Under the pieces are notes generated by a model. It did no database searches, had not been told where the DNA came from, and worked only from the letters and a program-made list of their open reading frames with translations. Positions 54,991-64,000 of a stretch of 64,000 nt of DNA are shown piece by piece. The stretch spans positions 19,840 to 83,839 of the forward strand of contig CAJKPX010000003.1 of assembly GCA_905201895.1 (NCBI GenBank), given 5' to 3'. The DNA is from an uncultured Eubacteriales bacterium. Lineage in GTDB: Bacteria > Bacillota > Clostridia > Oscillospirales > CAG-272. Both the position numbers and the translations under genes were made by a program. How positions within the stretch are numbered: position 1 is the first letter of the stretch; every line of letters begins with the position of its first letter.

Positions 54991-56208
54991 GTGAGATTGC
55001 CTTTCGGTCGACGTCGGATGGCGGGGACAGATACGGCGGATTTGCCCGAGCGAAACGAATATTATGAAAATATCTCAGCAAATCTCGGTATTTTTCAGGT
55101 TATTTTGTATCTTTCTCTCTTTGCGTTTATCATTCTTTCCTTTGCAAAAAACACGGGACTGATCACCTACCAGAATTTTTATCATTTTTTTAGGGACCTC
55201 AACGCATCGGTCCAAACCGTTGATACGTCGCTTCCGGATTCGCTGACCTATCCAACGGATGACAAACAGAGCATCACGCTGTTTCGTCAGGGCGTTGCCG
55301 TGGCAGGGAACAAAAACGTGACGCTCTTTACCGCAACGGGACGGCAAACGGTAAGTCAGATTACAAGCTTTGCAAATCCCGTGGCAACAGCCTCCGATAA
55401 GTATCTTCTTGTATACGATTTTGGTGGCATGAAATACGAGCTCTACAATTCCTACACGCGAGTGTTTTCCGGAGAGAGCGAGGAGCCGATCCTCGGAGCC
55501 ACGATCTCGGATTCGGGATCTTACGCACTGATTACACAATCAAAGCGGTATGCGTCGGTCGTTTCTCTTTACAGCAATCGCTTCACGCTTCTGGGAGAGT
55601 ATCGAAAGACCGGATACGTGATGGACGTATCCATCAACGAAAAGGGAAATCTGCTCGCGATTTTGACATCGCGCTCACTGGGCGGTTTCTGGACTACGGA
55701 GCTGGAGCTTTTCAAGCCGGGAGAGGAGAGACCGCGTGCAAGCGCGAACCTCGGAGATGCAATCGGGCTTGCCTGTGCCTTTACCTCAAGCGGCAGGCTG
55801 GCAGTTCTCACCGAGGGCGCGGTGCTTTCTCTGAATGAAGCAGGCGCAATCGAAACAAAATATTCTCTTGACGGCAGAGAGATCGCTTTGTTTGACGTTG
55901 GAGCGCAGGGCGTGACGGTATCGCTCACATCGGTATCCGTTTCTCAAAAAAATACTCTGATCGTATTTGACAAAAACGGAAAAATACTGTATAATAATGA
56001 TGAGCCGGAGATCTCGGAGCAGATCGTGCGTACAAAGGATACGGTTCTCTTGCTTACGGCAAACGGCGTGGGACGAATCAACTCGACGGATGGCAGCTAT
56101 TCATGGTATCCGTGCAACACGCAAAACCGCAGGCTTTTGGCAATTGACAGCGGTGAATTTATCCTGTGCTCACCGCAAAAGGCGGAATATTTTGAATTTG
56201 ACTCCTGA
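54991..56208 (+). CDS. membrane-anchored beta-rich protein (DUF5711-like, from memory)
   Basis: GTG start 7 nt after AGGAGGGGG. One TM (IFQVILYLSLFAFIILSF), then about 330 aa of repetitive beta-strand-like sequence. Confidence 0.55.
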   Translation: MRLPFGRRRMAGTDTADLPERNEYYENISANLGIFQVILYLSLFAFIILSFAKNTGLITYQNFYHFFRDLNASVQTVDTSLPDSLTYPTDDKQSITLFRQGVAVAGNKNVTLFTATGRQTVSQITSFANPVATASDKYLLVYDFGGMKYELYNSYTRVFSGESEEPILGATISDSGSYALITQSKRYASVVSLYSNRFTLLGEYRKTGYVMDVSINEKGNLLAILTSRSLGGFWTTELELFKPGEERPRASANLGDAIGLACAFTSSGRLAVLTEGAVLSLNEAGAIETKYSLDGREIALFDVGAQGVTVSLTSVSVSQKNTLIVFDKNGKILYNNDEPEISEQIVRTKDTVLLLTANGVGRINSTDGSYSWYPCNTQNRRLLAIDSGEFILCSPQKAEYFEFDS

Positions 56209-56255
56209 AAACCCACAAAGGGGCATATAAATAATACATCAAAGGAGATATGAAA

Positions 56256-56972
56256 ATGGAATTTGTACCTTACCTTCTTGACGCGGCGTTTTTGATCGTT
56301 GGAATTGCAATCGTTGCATCCTATGCAAAGCGCGGATTTATCAAAAGCGTTCTTCATTTCTGCAAGACCATTCTTGCATTCGTTGCGGCTTATCTTTTTG
56401 GCGGCAAGCTCGCGCAGGTGATCTGCGACAATTGGCTCGGCGGCGTTGTGCGCGGATTTGTCTTTGATAAGATCAACGGAGTTTATCAGAGTGCGGCAGA
56501 GTCCTTCAATGCAGACGCTGTGATCTCGTCTCTGCCCGACTTCCTCATGACCGAGGATATGCGTGCAGGTCTGCATGCGGCAGAGGGGAACGGTGAGCAG
56601 CTCGTCAACTCGATGACGGATGAGATTTCGGGTCCCGTTGCATCGCTCTTTTCCAACATCCTCGGCTACGTTGGCGTGTTCCTGATCGCGCTGGTTCTTC
56701 TTTGGATCGTTGCGGGCATTCTCAGCTCGATCTGCGAGCGTCTCCCTCTCGTTGGCACACTCAACTCGCTCCTTGGCGGCTTGATCGGTCTGTTGATCGC
56801 GCTTGCGATCCTGTTTGCCGCAGGCTCGCTGCTCAAGCAGTTCTTCGCAGCTTCTCCGATCTATGAAAACACGCTTCTTGTCAAGCTTTTTGGCAACTCC
56901 TCGCTTCTCAATCTTCTGTCCTTCCTCAATCTGGGCGAAAATTGGTTTGCACAGCTTCTCGGAAAGCAATAA
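56256..56972 (+). CDS. cvpA: CvpA family membrane protein
   Basis: MEFVPYLLDAAFLIVGIAIVASYAKRGFIKSVLHF and four TM helices. ATG 56256 lies 8 nt after GGAG. Confidence 0.75.
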   Translation: MEFVPYLLDAAFLIVGIAIVASYAKRGFIKSVLHFCKTILAFVAAYLFGGKLAQVICDNWLGGVVRGFVFDKINGVYQSAAESFNADAVISSLPDFLMTEDMRAGLHAAEGNGEQLVNSMTDEISGPVASLFSNILGYVGVFLIALVLLWIVAGILSSICERLPLVGTLNSLLGGLIGLLIALAILFAAGSLLKQFFAASPIYENTLLVKLFGNSSLLNLLSFLNLGENWFAQLLGKQ

Positions 56973-57017
56973 ACTGCTTCATTTGCTTATTTTGCATTGA
57001 TTTCGATAAAAGAAAGG

Positions 57018-57033
57018 ATCCGAAAATTCGGAT
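57018..57033. promoter_or_regulatory. 7-2-7 inverted repeat ATCCGAA-AA-TTCGGAT, 16 nt upstream of the clpE-like start
   Basis: Read directly from the sequence. Possible operator or 5'-UTR hairpin. Function unknown. Confidence 0.4.
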
Positions 57034-57048
57034 AATACAGCATTACTC

Positions 57049-59397
57049 ATGGTCATGTGTTCAAGATGCCAGAAAAGAATGGCAGTGATCTTCGTTACGA
57101 AGGTTGAAAATGGAGAAAAGAAAACGAAGGGACTCTGCATCAAATGTGCAAAGGAAATGGGCGTTCCGATCGACAACTTCGTTGGAAATCTCATGAATCA
57201 ATTTGGAATTTCCTCTGAACAGATGGAGGCGGCAGAGGAGGATCTGCGCGCAATGATGGAGCAGAACGCCGAGGGTGTACCGTCCGACAATGACGATACC
57301 GAGGACGGCGGTGCTCCTGCGATCGACCTTCCCAAGCTTTTCCGCGATGCAGGACTCTTTTCCTCTGAAAATGAGAAGGATGAAACTGCTCCCGTGCCTG
57401 CCGACCCGACTCCCGATTCCGAGAAAAAGGACAAGGGCGCAAAGAAAAAAGCAAAAGAGGCTAAAAAACTCAAATTTTTGCCAACGTATAGCCGCAACCT
57501 CACACAATATGCACGAGACGGCAAGCTTGATCGTATTGTTGGACGCGACCGTGAGCTTGCGCGCGTCATTCAAATTCTTTGTCGCAGACAAAAGAACAAT
57601 CCTTGCCTGATCGGCGAGCCGGGAGTGGGTAAAACCGCAATCGCGGAAGCGCTTGCCATGCGAATTGCAGCTGGAGAGGTTCCTTATAAGCTGATCGGCA
57701 AGGAGATCTATCTGTTGGATATGACGGCGCTCGTTGCCGGAACGCAATTCCGCGGTCAGTTTGAATCGCGCATTCTCGGGCTCCTCAACGAGGTGCACGA
57801 GGTTGGCAACGCCATTCTCGTGATCGACGAGGTGCACAACATCGTTGGAGCAGGGGAGGCAGAAGGAAGCGTCAATGCCGCTAATATCCTCAAGCCCGCA
57901 CTCTCGCGCGGTGAGGTGCAAATCATCGGTGCCACAACGCTCAACGAATACCGCAAGTATATCGAAAAGGATACCGCGCTTGAGCGTCGCTTTCAGCCTG
58001 TAACCGTGAACGAGCCCTCTGTTGACGAAACGGTTGAAATGCTCAGAGGTATCAAGCATTATTACGAGGAGTTCCACGGTGTCAGAATTCCCGAGGATCT
58101 GTTGCGTCGAACGGTCATGCTCTCGGAGCGATATATCACAGACCGCTATCTGCCCGATAAGGCAATCGACCTGCTCGATGAGGCAGCGTCTTATCTCTCG
58201 CTCTCGTCGGCGGCGCTCAATGAATCCTATTCGATCCGAGATCGCCTGCTGATCCTCAAGCAAAAGCGCGAGGAGCTGGAGGGCGAGATTGCGGGAAACG
58301 AGTCGGTTGAGCAGGCTCGCTACGAGGAGATCACTAAGATTCGCTCGGAGGAGCTGCAGCTCTCTGCACGTCTTTCCAAAATTGAGCCCGAAACCGAAAA
58401 CGTGCTGCTGACCGAGGAGGAGATTGCAAACGTGATCGAGCTCTGGACGGGCGTTCCCGCCACCAGCATCACGGAAAACGAATTTGAGCAGATTGATAAG
58501 CTTGACGCACGCCTCAAGGCACGCATCATCGGTCAGGACGTTGCCGTGGATGCAGTTGCAAAGGCGATCAAGCGCAACAGAGCAGGGATTTCTTACAAGA
58601 GAAAGCCCGTGTCCTTTATCTTTGCAGGTCCAACGGGTGTAGGAAAGACCGAGCTGGTCAAAACGCTTGCAAACGATCTGTTCCACTCTCCCGAGACCCT
58701 GATCCGTCTGGATATGTCGGAGTTTATGGAAAAGCACTCGGTCTCGCGTATCATCGGAGCGCCTCCCGGATATGTGGGCTATGACGAGGCAGGGCAGCTC
58801 ACCGAAAAAATTCGCCGTCGACCCTATTCGATCGTACTCTTTGACGAGATCGAAAAAGCACACCCCGACGTGCTTAACATTCTGCTCCAGATTCTGGATG
58901 ACGGCAGAATTACCGATGCACGCGGAAAAACGGTCAACTTTGAAAACACCGTGATCGTGATGACCACAAACGCAGGCTCGGACCACACCACCGCGGCAGC
59001 AGGATTTTCCACCGTGCAGAATGCAAGCGCCGAAGGAAAAACGCAAAAGGCGCTCGAATCCTTCCTGCGCCCCGAATTTCTCAACCGTGTGGACGAGATC
59101 ATCACCTTCCGTTCACTTGACGAGGCTGATTTCGTGCGCATCGCGGGCATTATGCTGGGTGAGTTGAAAACCGCTCTTGCAGAGAAGAATATCAAGCTCG
59201 CCTACACCGACGCGGCACTTTCCCTGATTGCCGAGCGCTCCTTCTCGCGTAAATACGGCGCGCGCAATATGCGTCGCTTTATCCAAAAGGAGATTGAGGA
59301 CCGTTTGGCAGAGCAGATCATCGCCGACTACAAGCATTTCTATTCCTTTGTCAAGATCGACGCCGCCGAGGGCGAGATCGTGATCCATTGTATGTGA
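57049..59397 (+). CDS. clpE: ClpE-type Hsp100/Clp ATPase (N-terminal zinc ribbon, two AAA+ modules)
   Basis: [35 protein letters not shown]. Walker A motifs GEPGVGKTA and [10 protein letters not shown]; Walker B motifs [10 protein letters not shown] and [14 protein letters not shown] ClpP-loop candidate. No Clp_N repeats. Confidence 0.85.
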   Translation: MVMCSRCQKRMAVIFVTKVENGEKKTKGLCIKCAKEMGVPIDNFVGNLMNQFGISSEQMEAAEEDLRAMMEQNAEGVPSDNDDTEDGGAPAIDLPKLFRDAGLFSSENEKDETAPVPADPTPDSEKKDKGAKKKAKEAKKLKFLPTYSRNLTQYARDGKLDRIVGRDRELARVIQILCRRQKNNPCLIGEPGVGKTAIAEALAMRIAAGEVPYKLIGKEIYLLDMTALVAGTQFRGQFESRILGLLNEVHEVGNAILVIDEVHNIVGAGEAEGSVNAANILKPALSRGEVQIIGATTLNEYRKYIEKDTALERRFQPVTVNEPSVDETVEMLRGIKHYYEEFHGVRIPEDLLRRTVMLSERYITDRYLPDKAIDLLDEAASYLSLSSAALNESYSIRDRLLILKQKREELEGEIAGNESVEQARYEEITKIRSEELQLSARLSKIEPETENVLLTEEEIANVIELWTGVPATSITENEFEQIDKLDARLKARIIGQDVAVDAVAKAIKRNRAGISYKRKPVSFIFAGPTGVGKTELVKTLANDLFHSPETLIRLDMSEFMEKHSVSRIIGAPPGYVGYDEAGQLTEKIRRRPYSIVLFDEIEKAHPDVLNILLQILDDGRITDARGKTVNFENTVIVMTTNAGSDHTTAAAGFSTVQNASAEGKTQKALESFLRPEFLNRVDEIITFRSLDEADFVRIAGIMLGELKTALAEKNIKLAYTDAALSLIAERSFSRKYGARNMRRFIQKEIEDRLAEQIIADYKHFYSFVKIDAAEGEIVIHCM

Positions 59398-59440
59398 TCC
59401 TCAAATAAACAATAATTCAAAAAACAAATTATTCCTTGAC

Positions 59441-62167
59441 ATGAAAAAGACAGATGCAAGGTGGCACCGCTTGACGGTCCACGCCGTTGAAAAGGAATTG
59501 CATACCGATGCCTCCTGCGGGTTATCCTGCAAGGAGGCTCGCTTGCGTTATCGGAATAACGGTGCCAACACCCTGTTTGATTCCCGTCAAAGCAAAGAGA
59601 AGGACATTTTCCGGCAACTGATTTTTGACCCCGCATGGCTCTTGCTATTGCTCGGTTGCCTCATTGCACTTTGCTTCGGTGCCTTTGCCCTCACTGCCTC
59701 AATTTTGATATGTGCCTCGGTGGGGATTCTGTTTTCTCTTTTCTGTTACAAAAGGGATAGGGAATACAGAAACAAGCTTTCCCCCTATCGCATTCCAACC
59801 GTAACCGTGATCCGTGACGGTACGCGCTTTACAACGAGTGCGCGTGGCGTTGTTTCGGGAGACCTGATTCTTTTGCGCAGCGGAGACCTGGTTCCGTGTG
59901 ACTGCCGCCTGGCACGCTCCGAAAATTTGCACGTGCAAACGCTTTCCTATGATGAGAATGGAAAGCCGCGCTACCTCTCGCAGGAGAAGTTTGCAAAAAC
60001 GCTTTACGGATATGATGAAGAAATCGACCTGCCGCAGGCTGAAAACATGCTTTGTGGGGGCACAAAGATTATCCGTGGGGTTGCATATGCCATTGCGGTT
60101 GCAACAAGCTCGGATTGCGATTTCATCAACGGGGATGCATCGCGCGAGATTCCTGCTGAAAAGGGAGAGGGTCGCGCAACGCAGACAAGTGTTCGCCTGC
60201 AGCCATATCTGCGTATATATCGCTTTGCAATCTTTGCAGCATTTTTACCAATCACGGTTTTGGGCTTTCTCACCGCTCCCGCACATATCAATATCATCTC
60301 CGTTTTTCTTTCGGTCTGCGCCTTAACTGCATCGGCAGCCACCTCCTATCTCTCACTTTTCTTTTATGAATGCGAAAAACAAGCTGAACGTGCGTATTTT
60401 ACACCGTCTGCGGAGCAAAACCGTGTGATCTTCAAATCAAAGCGTGCATCCGCAGCACTCTCACAGATCACAGACCTTTTTGTGATGGGACATTGCGCCA
60501 CATCCGACGGAAGAACGCATCTTCTCCGGGCATGGCTTGGAGATGGCGAGGTAGCATTGGACCTTGATTCCAATGAACCGCACTCGGAGCTCGGCGGTCT
60601 TGCCGAGGCGTTTTGCTTACTGAATGAAAACGCCACACATGAATTGTCTCCCGAAAATTTGCTGGTGTGGAAAGAAGCCTTTTCACTTTCTTTGCTTGAT
60701 ATATTGCACTTTAGCGGATACGATAGTGAGGCTTTGCTGATGCGCACGCTTGAAACCAAGCTTTTGCCGTCCAAATCAGATGAAACCCAAACGCTTGAGG
60801 TCCGAATGCATGATAAGACACAGAGGATTTTGTTCTCGAGCACCATCGAACTGATCAACTATTGCACGTGCTATGAAAAAAACGGCGAAATTCTCCCGCT
60901 TGATCCGATCCGCAAGAAAGCCTTAATTGCGGAAATTGATGGAAGGGAAGAACAGAATAGCTCGCTTCAGATTGTTTTGCGCAAGCACGGCTGCGATCTT
61001 TGCCTTGTGGGCGTGGCGGCGTTTGGGGAACAAGCCGCGCAACAGCTTCCGGGTATTTTGCAGTCTCTTTCCGAAATGGGAATTCGCACCACCGTTTTTC
61101 TCAAGGGAACCAGGCAGGAGGAGGCGCGCTATGTTGCAGACCTCGTTCTCCCCACCGATTTTTCCTATTTTGAAAAGAAGCGAAGCAACCAGCTTTGTGA
61201 AGACGGTTTAATCGAAAAATACCGCGTTTTGCAAGGATTTACCGCACAAGAGGTGGGCGAATTGATTGCAAAAATGAAAAAGAACGGCAGAAAAATTGCC
61301 GTGATGAGTGTGGAGCGCGGAGACGAAATACTCCTGCAATCGGCAGATCTTTTTATCACCTGTGATGATGGACTCTATCATGAGAACGGTCCCTCCAATA
61401 CAATTTTTGAGCTGTTCTCACGCGATGGAGCGAGACAAAGCAGACGGGCATCACAGTCCATGCGTCGGACCTCCGATCTGTTGGTCTGCCGTGCGGATCG
61501 GGACGGTGGCGGTCTGTTTGCCGTTTTTGAAGCGCGGCTTGCCTCACAGGCGATCAACGTCCGAACGCGAGCCATGATTTCGTTTCTCCTTTTTTCTCAG
61601 ATTGCTCGACTCGTTGCAACTGTTTTTGCGGTTGCAACCGGGCTTGGACTCCTCAATGGCATCCTTGGACTCTACTGTGGGCTTGTTTTGGAAACGCTTG
61701 GCGTGTTTCTGATCTTGTCGGCTCCGATTTCCAGTCATGCAATGCATCAGGAGGGACGCATGCCGCACAAGTTGTCCCCGCTCCGCGCGCTGCATAACAA
61801 GGAAAGCTACTTCACACCTGCATTGAGTGTTTTCTGCACGATGCTTCTCATTGCAATTCTGACGGCTTGTCGGGTAATCAATTCGACAGAATCGGTTTCT
61901 GTTGCATTTGTTTCGTTGACACTCGCGATGGGTGTTCATTTGTGTATCCAAATCACAAAGCTCATTCCGCAAAGCGCTCGCTTGCATTACCTGCCCCGAC
62001 TACTGCTGCTTTTCATCCTGCCGGCTGTCGCTTGCATTCTTTCCGTTCTGTTTTCGACGTGTAACCGCTTGCTGGGAGTCGGTGCATGGAGTCCGGTTTC
62101 AATTTTCCTGCTTCCTGTGATGCCGCTCCTCTCGCTCCTTTTCGGGCATCTTTTTTCAAGAAAATAA
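59441..62167 (+). CDS. P-type ATPase homologue lacking the catalytic signature motifs (probable pseudoenzyme)
   Basis: Cation_ATPase_N-like WHRLTVHAVEKELHTDASCGLSCKEARLRYRNNGANTLF and A-domain-like VTVIRDGTRF..VSGDLILLRSGDLVPCDCRL, with about 10 TM helices. TGES, DKTGT, KGAPE, TGDN and GDGxND are all replaced. Confidence 0.75.
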   Translation: MKKTDARWHRLTVHAVEKELHTDASCGLSCKEARLRYRNNGANTLFDSRQSKEKDIFRQLIFDPAWLLLLLGCLIALCFGAFALTASILICASVGILFSLFCYKRDREYRNKLSPYRIPTVTVIRDGTRFTTSARGVVSGDLILLRSGDLVPCDCRLARSENLHVQTLSYDENGKPRYLSQEKFAKTLYGYDEEIDLPQAENMLCGGTKIIRGVAYAIAVATSSDCDFINGDASREIPAEKGEGRATQTSVRLQPYLRIYRFAIFAAFLPITVLGFLTAPAHINIISVFLSVCALTASAATSYLSLFFYECEKQAERAYFTPSAEQNRVIFKSKRASAALSQITDLFVMGHCATSDGRTHLLRAWLGDGEVALDLDSNEPHSELGGLAEAFCLLNENATHELSPENLLVWKEAFSLSLLDILHFSGYDSEALLMRTLETKLLPSKSDETQTLEVRMHDKTQRILFSSTIELINYCTCYEKNGEILPLDPIRKKALIAEIDGREEQNSSLQIVLRKHGCDLCLVGVAAFGEQAAQQLPGILQSLSEMGIRTTVFLKGTRQEEARYVADLVLPTDFSYFEKKRSNQLCEDGLIEKYRVLQGFTAQEVGELIAKMKKNGRKIAVMSVERGDEILLQSADLFITCDDGLYHENGPSNTIFELFSRDGARQSRRASQSMRRTSDLLVCRADRDGGGLFAVFEARLASQAINVRTRAMISFLLFSQIARLVATVFAVATGLGLLNGILGLYCGLVLETLGVFLILSAPISSHAMHQEGRMPHKLSPLRALHNKESYFTPALSVFCTMLLIAILTACRVINSTESVSVAFVSLTLAMGVHLCIQITKLIPQSARLHYLPRLLLLFILPAVACILSVLFSTCNRLLGVGAWSPVSIFLLPVMPLLSLLFGHLFSRK

Positions 62168-62243
62168 AACGGACAGCCAAGTCTCGGCATCTCGTTGCAT
62201 ATACTGAAATCGTAAAAGCATTTCACCGAAGGGGGGGACTGCT

Positions 62244-62540
62244 GTGCGACGCATCAGCACCGCTGATCTGAGGCATCTGGAGATCATCAATCTGTGCGAC
62301 GGAGCACGCCTCGGATATGCGGGAGATTTCGAATTCGACTGCGAGGATGCGCGGATTCTTGCGTTGGTGATTTCGGGAAACTGCGGATTGTTTGGATGGG
62401 GCAGAGAGGACGATCTGATCATTCCTTGGAATAAGATCGAATGTATCGGAGAGGACACCATTCTCGTTAAGCTCAACGAGCAGGAGTTGTCCTGCTACGG
62501 CGGCTGTTCACACAAAAAGAATCGAAAAATGCGCTTTTGA
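62244..62540 (+). CDS. ylmC: YlmC/YmxH family sporulation protein (PRC-barrel)
   Basis: LRHLEIINLCDGARLGYAGDFEFDCEDARILALVI...IPWNKIECIGEDTILV. GTG start 6 nt after a G7 run. Confidence 0.8.
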   Translation: MRRISTADLRHLEIINLCDGARLGYAGDFEFDCEDARILALVISGNCGLFGWGREDDLIIPWNKIECIGEDTILVKLNEQELSCYGGCSHKKNRKMRF

Positions 62541-62563
62541 AGGCGCAAATTCAAACAAATGAT

Positions 62564-62612
62564 AAAGAGATCGACTCCCCGAGCATGTCTCGGAGGAGTC
62601 GATCTCTTTTTT
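62564..62612. terminator. bidirectional rho-independent terminator
   Basis: AAAGAGATCGACTCC (62564-78) pairs with GGAGTCGATCTCTTT (62594-608), with an inner CCGAG/CTCGG pair and a T-run. Confidence 0.85.
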
Positions 62613-62624
62613 ACCGGTGTTACG

Positions 62625-64000
62625 TCAAACCGAAAACTCGGTTCTGGAAATGATGTGATTTTGATATTCCGGATCAAGCTCGCAGAAGTATCCGCTCCAT
62701 CCCCAAACGCGAACAATCAGATTGGGATAGCTTTCGGGATGCTTTTGCGCGTCAAGCAGAACGTCGCGGTTGACCGCATTGAGCTGAAGCTGATGCCCAC
62801 CGCGTGAGAGAAAATACCGCACGAGAGCCGAAACCTTCCGCTCGCCCTCCGCATTGCGGAACACCGAATCGTGCAGCTCAAGCGTGAGCGGACCGCCGTT
62901 TATGATCCTGCGCATATCGAATTTGGTAAAGGAGCGAATGAGTGAGAGCGGACCGTCTGCTCTTGCGGTGATTGAGGGGGAAAAGCTGCATCCGTAGGGG
63001 GTGTACGCACGCCTGCCGTCGGCGGTGGCAGGGCATTCGCGTGCACTCAAAATATACTCCATGGCACTGCCTGTTCCTGCGCGCCAGATTCCGCCGTGAC
63101 CGTTGGGAGCGCCATTGAGAGTATCCGAAAAGACCTCCATCAATCGGTTGCAGATCAGGTCGACCGCATCGTGATCCTGTCCCATTTTCGGGCAATCGAG
63201 CAGGCGATTGCGAAGCACGGTGTAGCCCTCAAAATCGGCATTAAGGGCGTCAAGCAGTGTCTCCTTGTCGAGCGAGCCCTCCTCATAGACCAGGCATCGG
63301 ATCGCCGCCAGAGCGTCTGCCGCGTTAGAAAGTCCCGCACCGTGGCAGCCGTAGTTGTTATATTTTGGCGAGTGCTGCCAGATATCCAATCCGCTCTCCA
63401 GGCAACCATCCACAAAGACCGCAAGCAGAGGCGTTGCTTTTGCACGGTAAACCGTTTCGGTCACGATCCGCTTGCATTCCTCGCGGATTGCCGTGTCCAC
63501 AGCACACATCAGCTCGTCAAAGGTGTTGCATGTAAGAAGATGGGAATGGAGGGCACGGTTGATCACAAGAGGGAAGTTGAAGGTTGCAAGGTTGGGGGTA
63601 TCAAAGGCACAATTCGGCACGATAAACTCCCAGCATGCCGCAACCGTATAGTCGAGTGCGTCCTCGCGGTCATATCCAAGCGCAATCAGCCCCGGCACAA
63701 CCACGTCATCGTTGCAGTATTGCGGGAAACCAAGTCCCATTTTCGTCATTTTTGTTCCAAGATCAAGTATCTCCTGCGGTGTATTCATACCGCAACGCAG
63801 ATTGATCTTGGGGTCGATGAGTGCCAGCTCGATTGATGCCTCCATACACAGCTTGGAAAGCTCGTTGAACATGCTCTCTCCGTTGCCGTCGAAGCCGCCA
63901 AGCACCATGCTCTGTCCGTTGTCGCCCACCTGCACTCCCTGATAAAGATCGGTGTCAAAATTAATGGCGATGAAGAAAAGCTCAAGCGTTTCCATGAGAG
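62625..64000 (-). CDS. glycyl radical enzyme (PFL2/dehydratase-type), C-terminal ~458 aa; gene continues past the window end
   Basis: C-terminal NLIVRVWGWSGYFCELDPEYQNHIISRTE (glycyl radical domain), a Cys-loop-like VAACWEFIVP, and GLSNAADALAAIRCLVYEE. Confidence 0.8.
   Translation of the reverse strand, partial: LMETLELFFIAINFDTDLYQGVQVGDNGQSMVLGGFDGNGESMFNELSKLCMEASIELALIDPKINLRCGMNTPQEILDLGTKMTKMGLGFPQYCNDDVVVPGLIALGYDREDALDYTVAACWEFIVPNCAFDTPNLATFNFPLVINRALHSHLLTCNTFDELMCAVDTAIREECKRIVTETVYRAKATPLLAVFVDGCLESGLDIWQHSPKYNNYGCHGAGLSNAADALAAIRCLVYEEGSLDKETLLDALNADFEGYTVLRNRLLDCPKMGQDHDAVDLICNRLMEVFSDTLNGAPNGHGGIWRAGTGSAMEYILSARECPATADGRRAYTPYGCSFSPSITARADGPLSLIRSFTKFDMRRIINGGPLTLELHDSVFRNAEGERKVSALVRYFLSRGGHQLQLNAVNRDVLLDAQKHPESYPNLIVRVWGWSGYFCELDPEYQNHIISRTEFSV

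Noticed and set aside
57061-59046. 661-aa minus-strand ORF opposite the clpE-like gene
   Set aside because: It is an antisense shadow. The plus strand carries two complete AAA+ modules.
62196-62230. Possible forespore/mother-cell sigma promoter (GCATA-17-CATTTCA) upstream of ylmC
   Set aside because: The -10 deviates from the sigma-F/G consensus at the last positions, and I cannot score it. It is too weak to report.

Overview
Chromosomal segment of a Shine-Dalgarno-using Firmicute at roughly 50-60% GC. It is most likely a spore-forming member of Clostridia, inferred from ctsR-mcsA-mcsB-clpC, ylmC/ymxH, ireB-ribF-dac, ecfA1-ecfA2-ecfT-truA synteny and many extended -10 promoters. I can support 54 protein genes (two cut by the window edges), one tRNA-Ser(CGA), one intact IS200-type insertion sequence, 12 rho-independent terminators and a set of sigma-A-type promoters and operators. 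Left to right: alkaline phosphatase lipoprotein; GH4 glycosidase with AraC regulator; a MutS-core ATPase/small Cys protein/GNAT operon; D-amino-acid aminotransferase and a large muramidase-like exoprotein; IS200; the complete ctsR-mcsA-mcsB-clpC operon; a second AraC/glycosidase pair; dxs; a split chromate transporter; an AT-rich single-gene islet beside tRNA-Ser; metallophosphoesterase lipoprotein; rhaB; prs; a 3-gene glycan module; PBP1A; TspO-like protein; dac-ribF-ireB; a dehydrogenase; DUF362; an M14 peptidase; DUF951-yfhO-ruvA-ruvB divergent from ruvC; ECF module and truA; cvpA; a ClpE-type ATPase; a P-type-ATPase-like protein; ylmC; and the 3' part of a glycyl-radical enzyme. Most of this is ordinary housekeeping. 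Six things are not explained by routine annotation. (1) A full-length 908-aa P-type ATPase homologue has every catalytic signature I can place replaced, and sits directly downstream of a ClpE-type chaperone. (2) tRNA-Ser is bracketed by ~84-nt inverted, partially conserved elements, and carries a ~158-nt leader ending in a perfect 16-bp hairpin fused to the tRNA 5' end. (3) A ~33% GC single gene has an HsdR-N-like PD-(D/E)xK head and lies between 12-bp direct repeats. (4) An AraC gene has its DNA-binding half at ~37% GC and its sensor half at ~60% GC. (5) Three CtsR operators are arranged palindromically around the ctsR promoter. (6) The glycyl-radical enzyme reads RVWGW at the radical loop. 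No CRISPR array, rRNA or recognisable prophage was seen. All family calls come from reading the translations by eye; no database search was possible.
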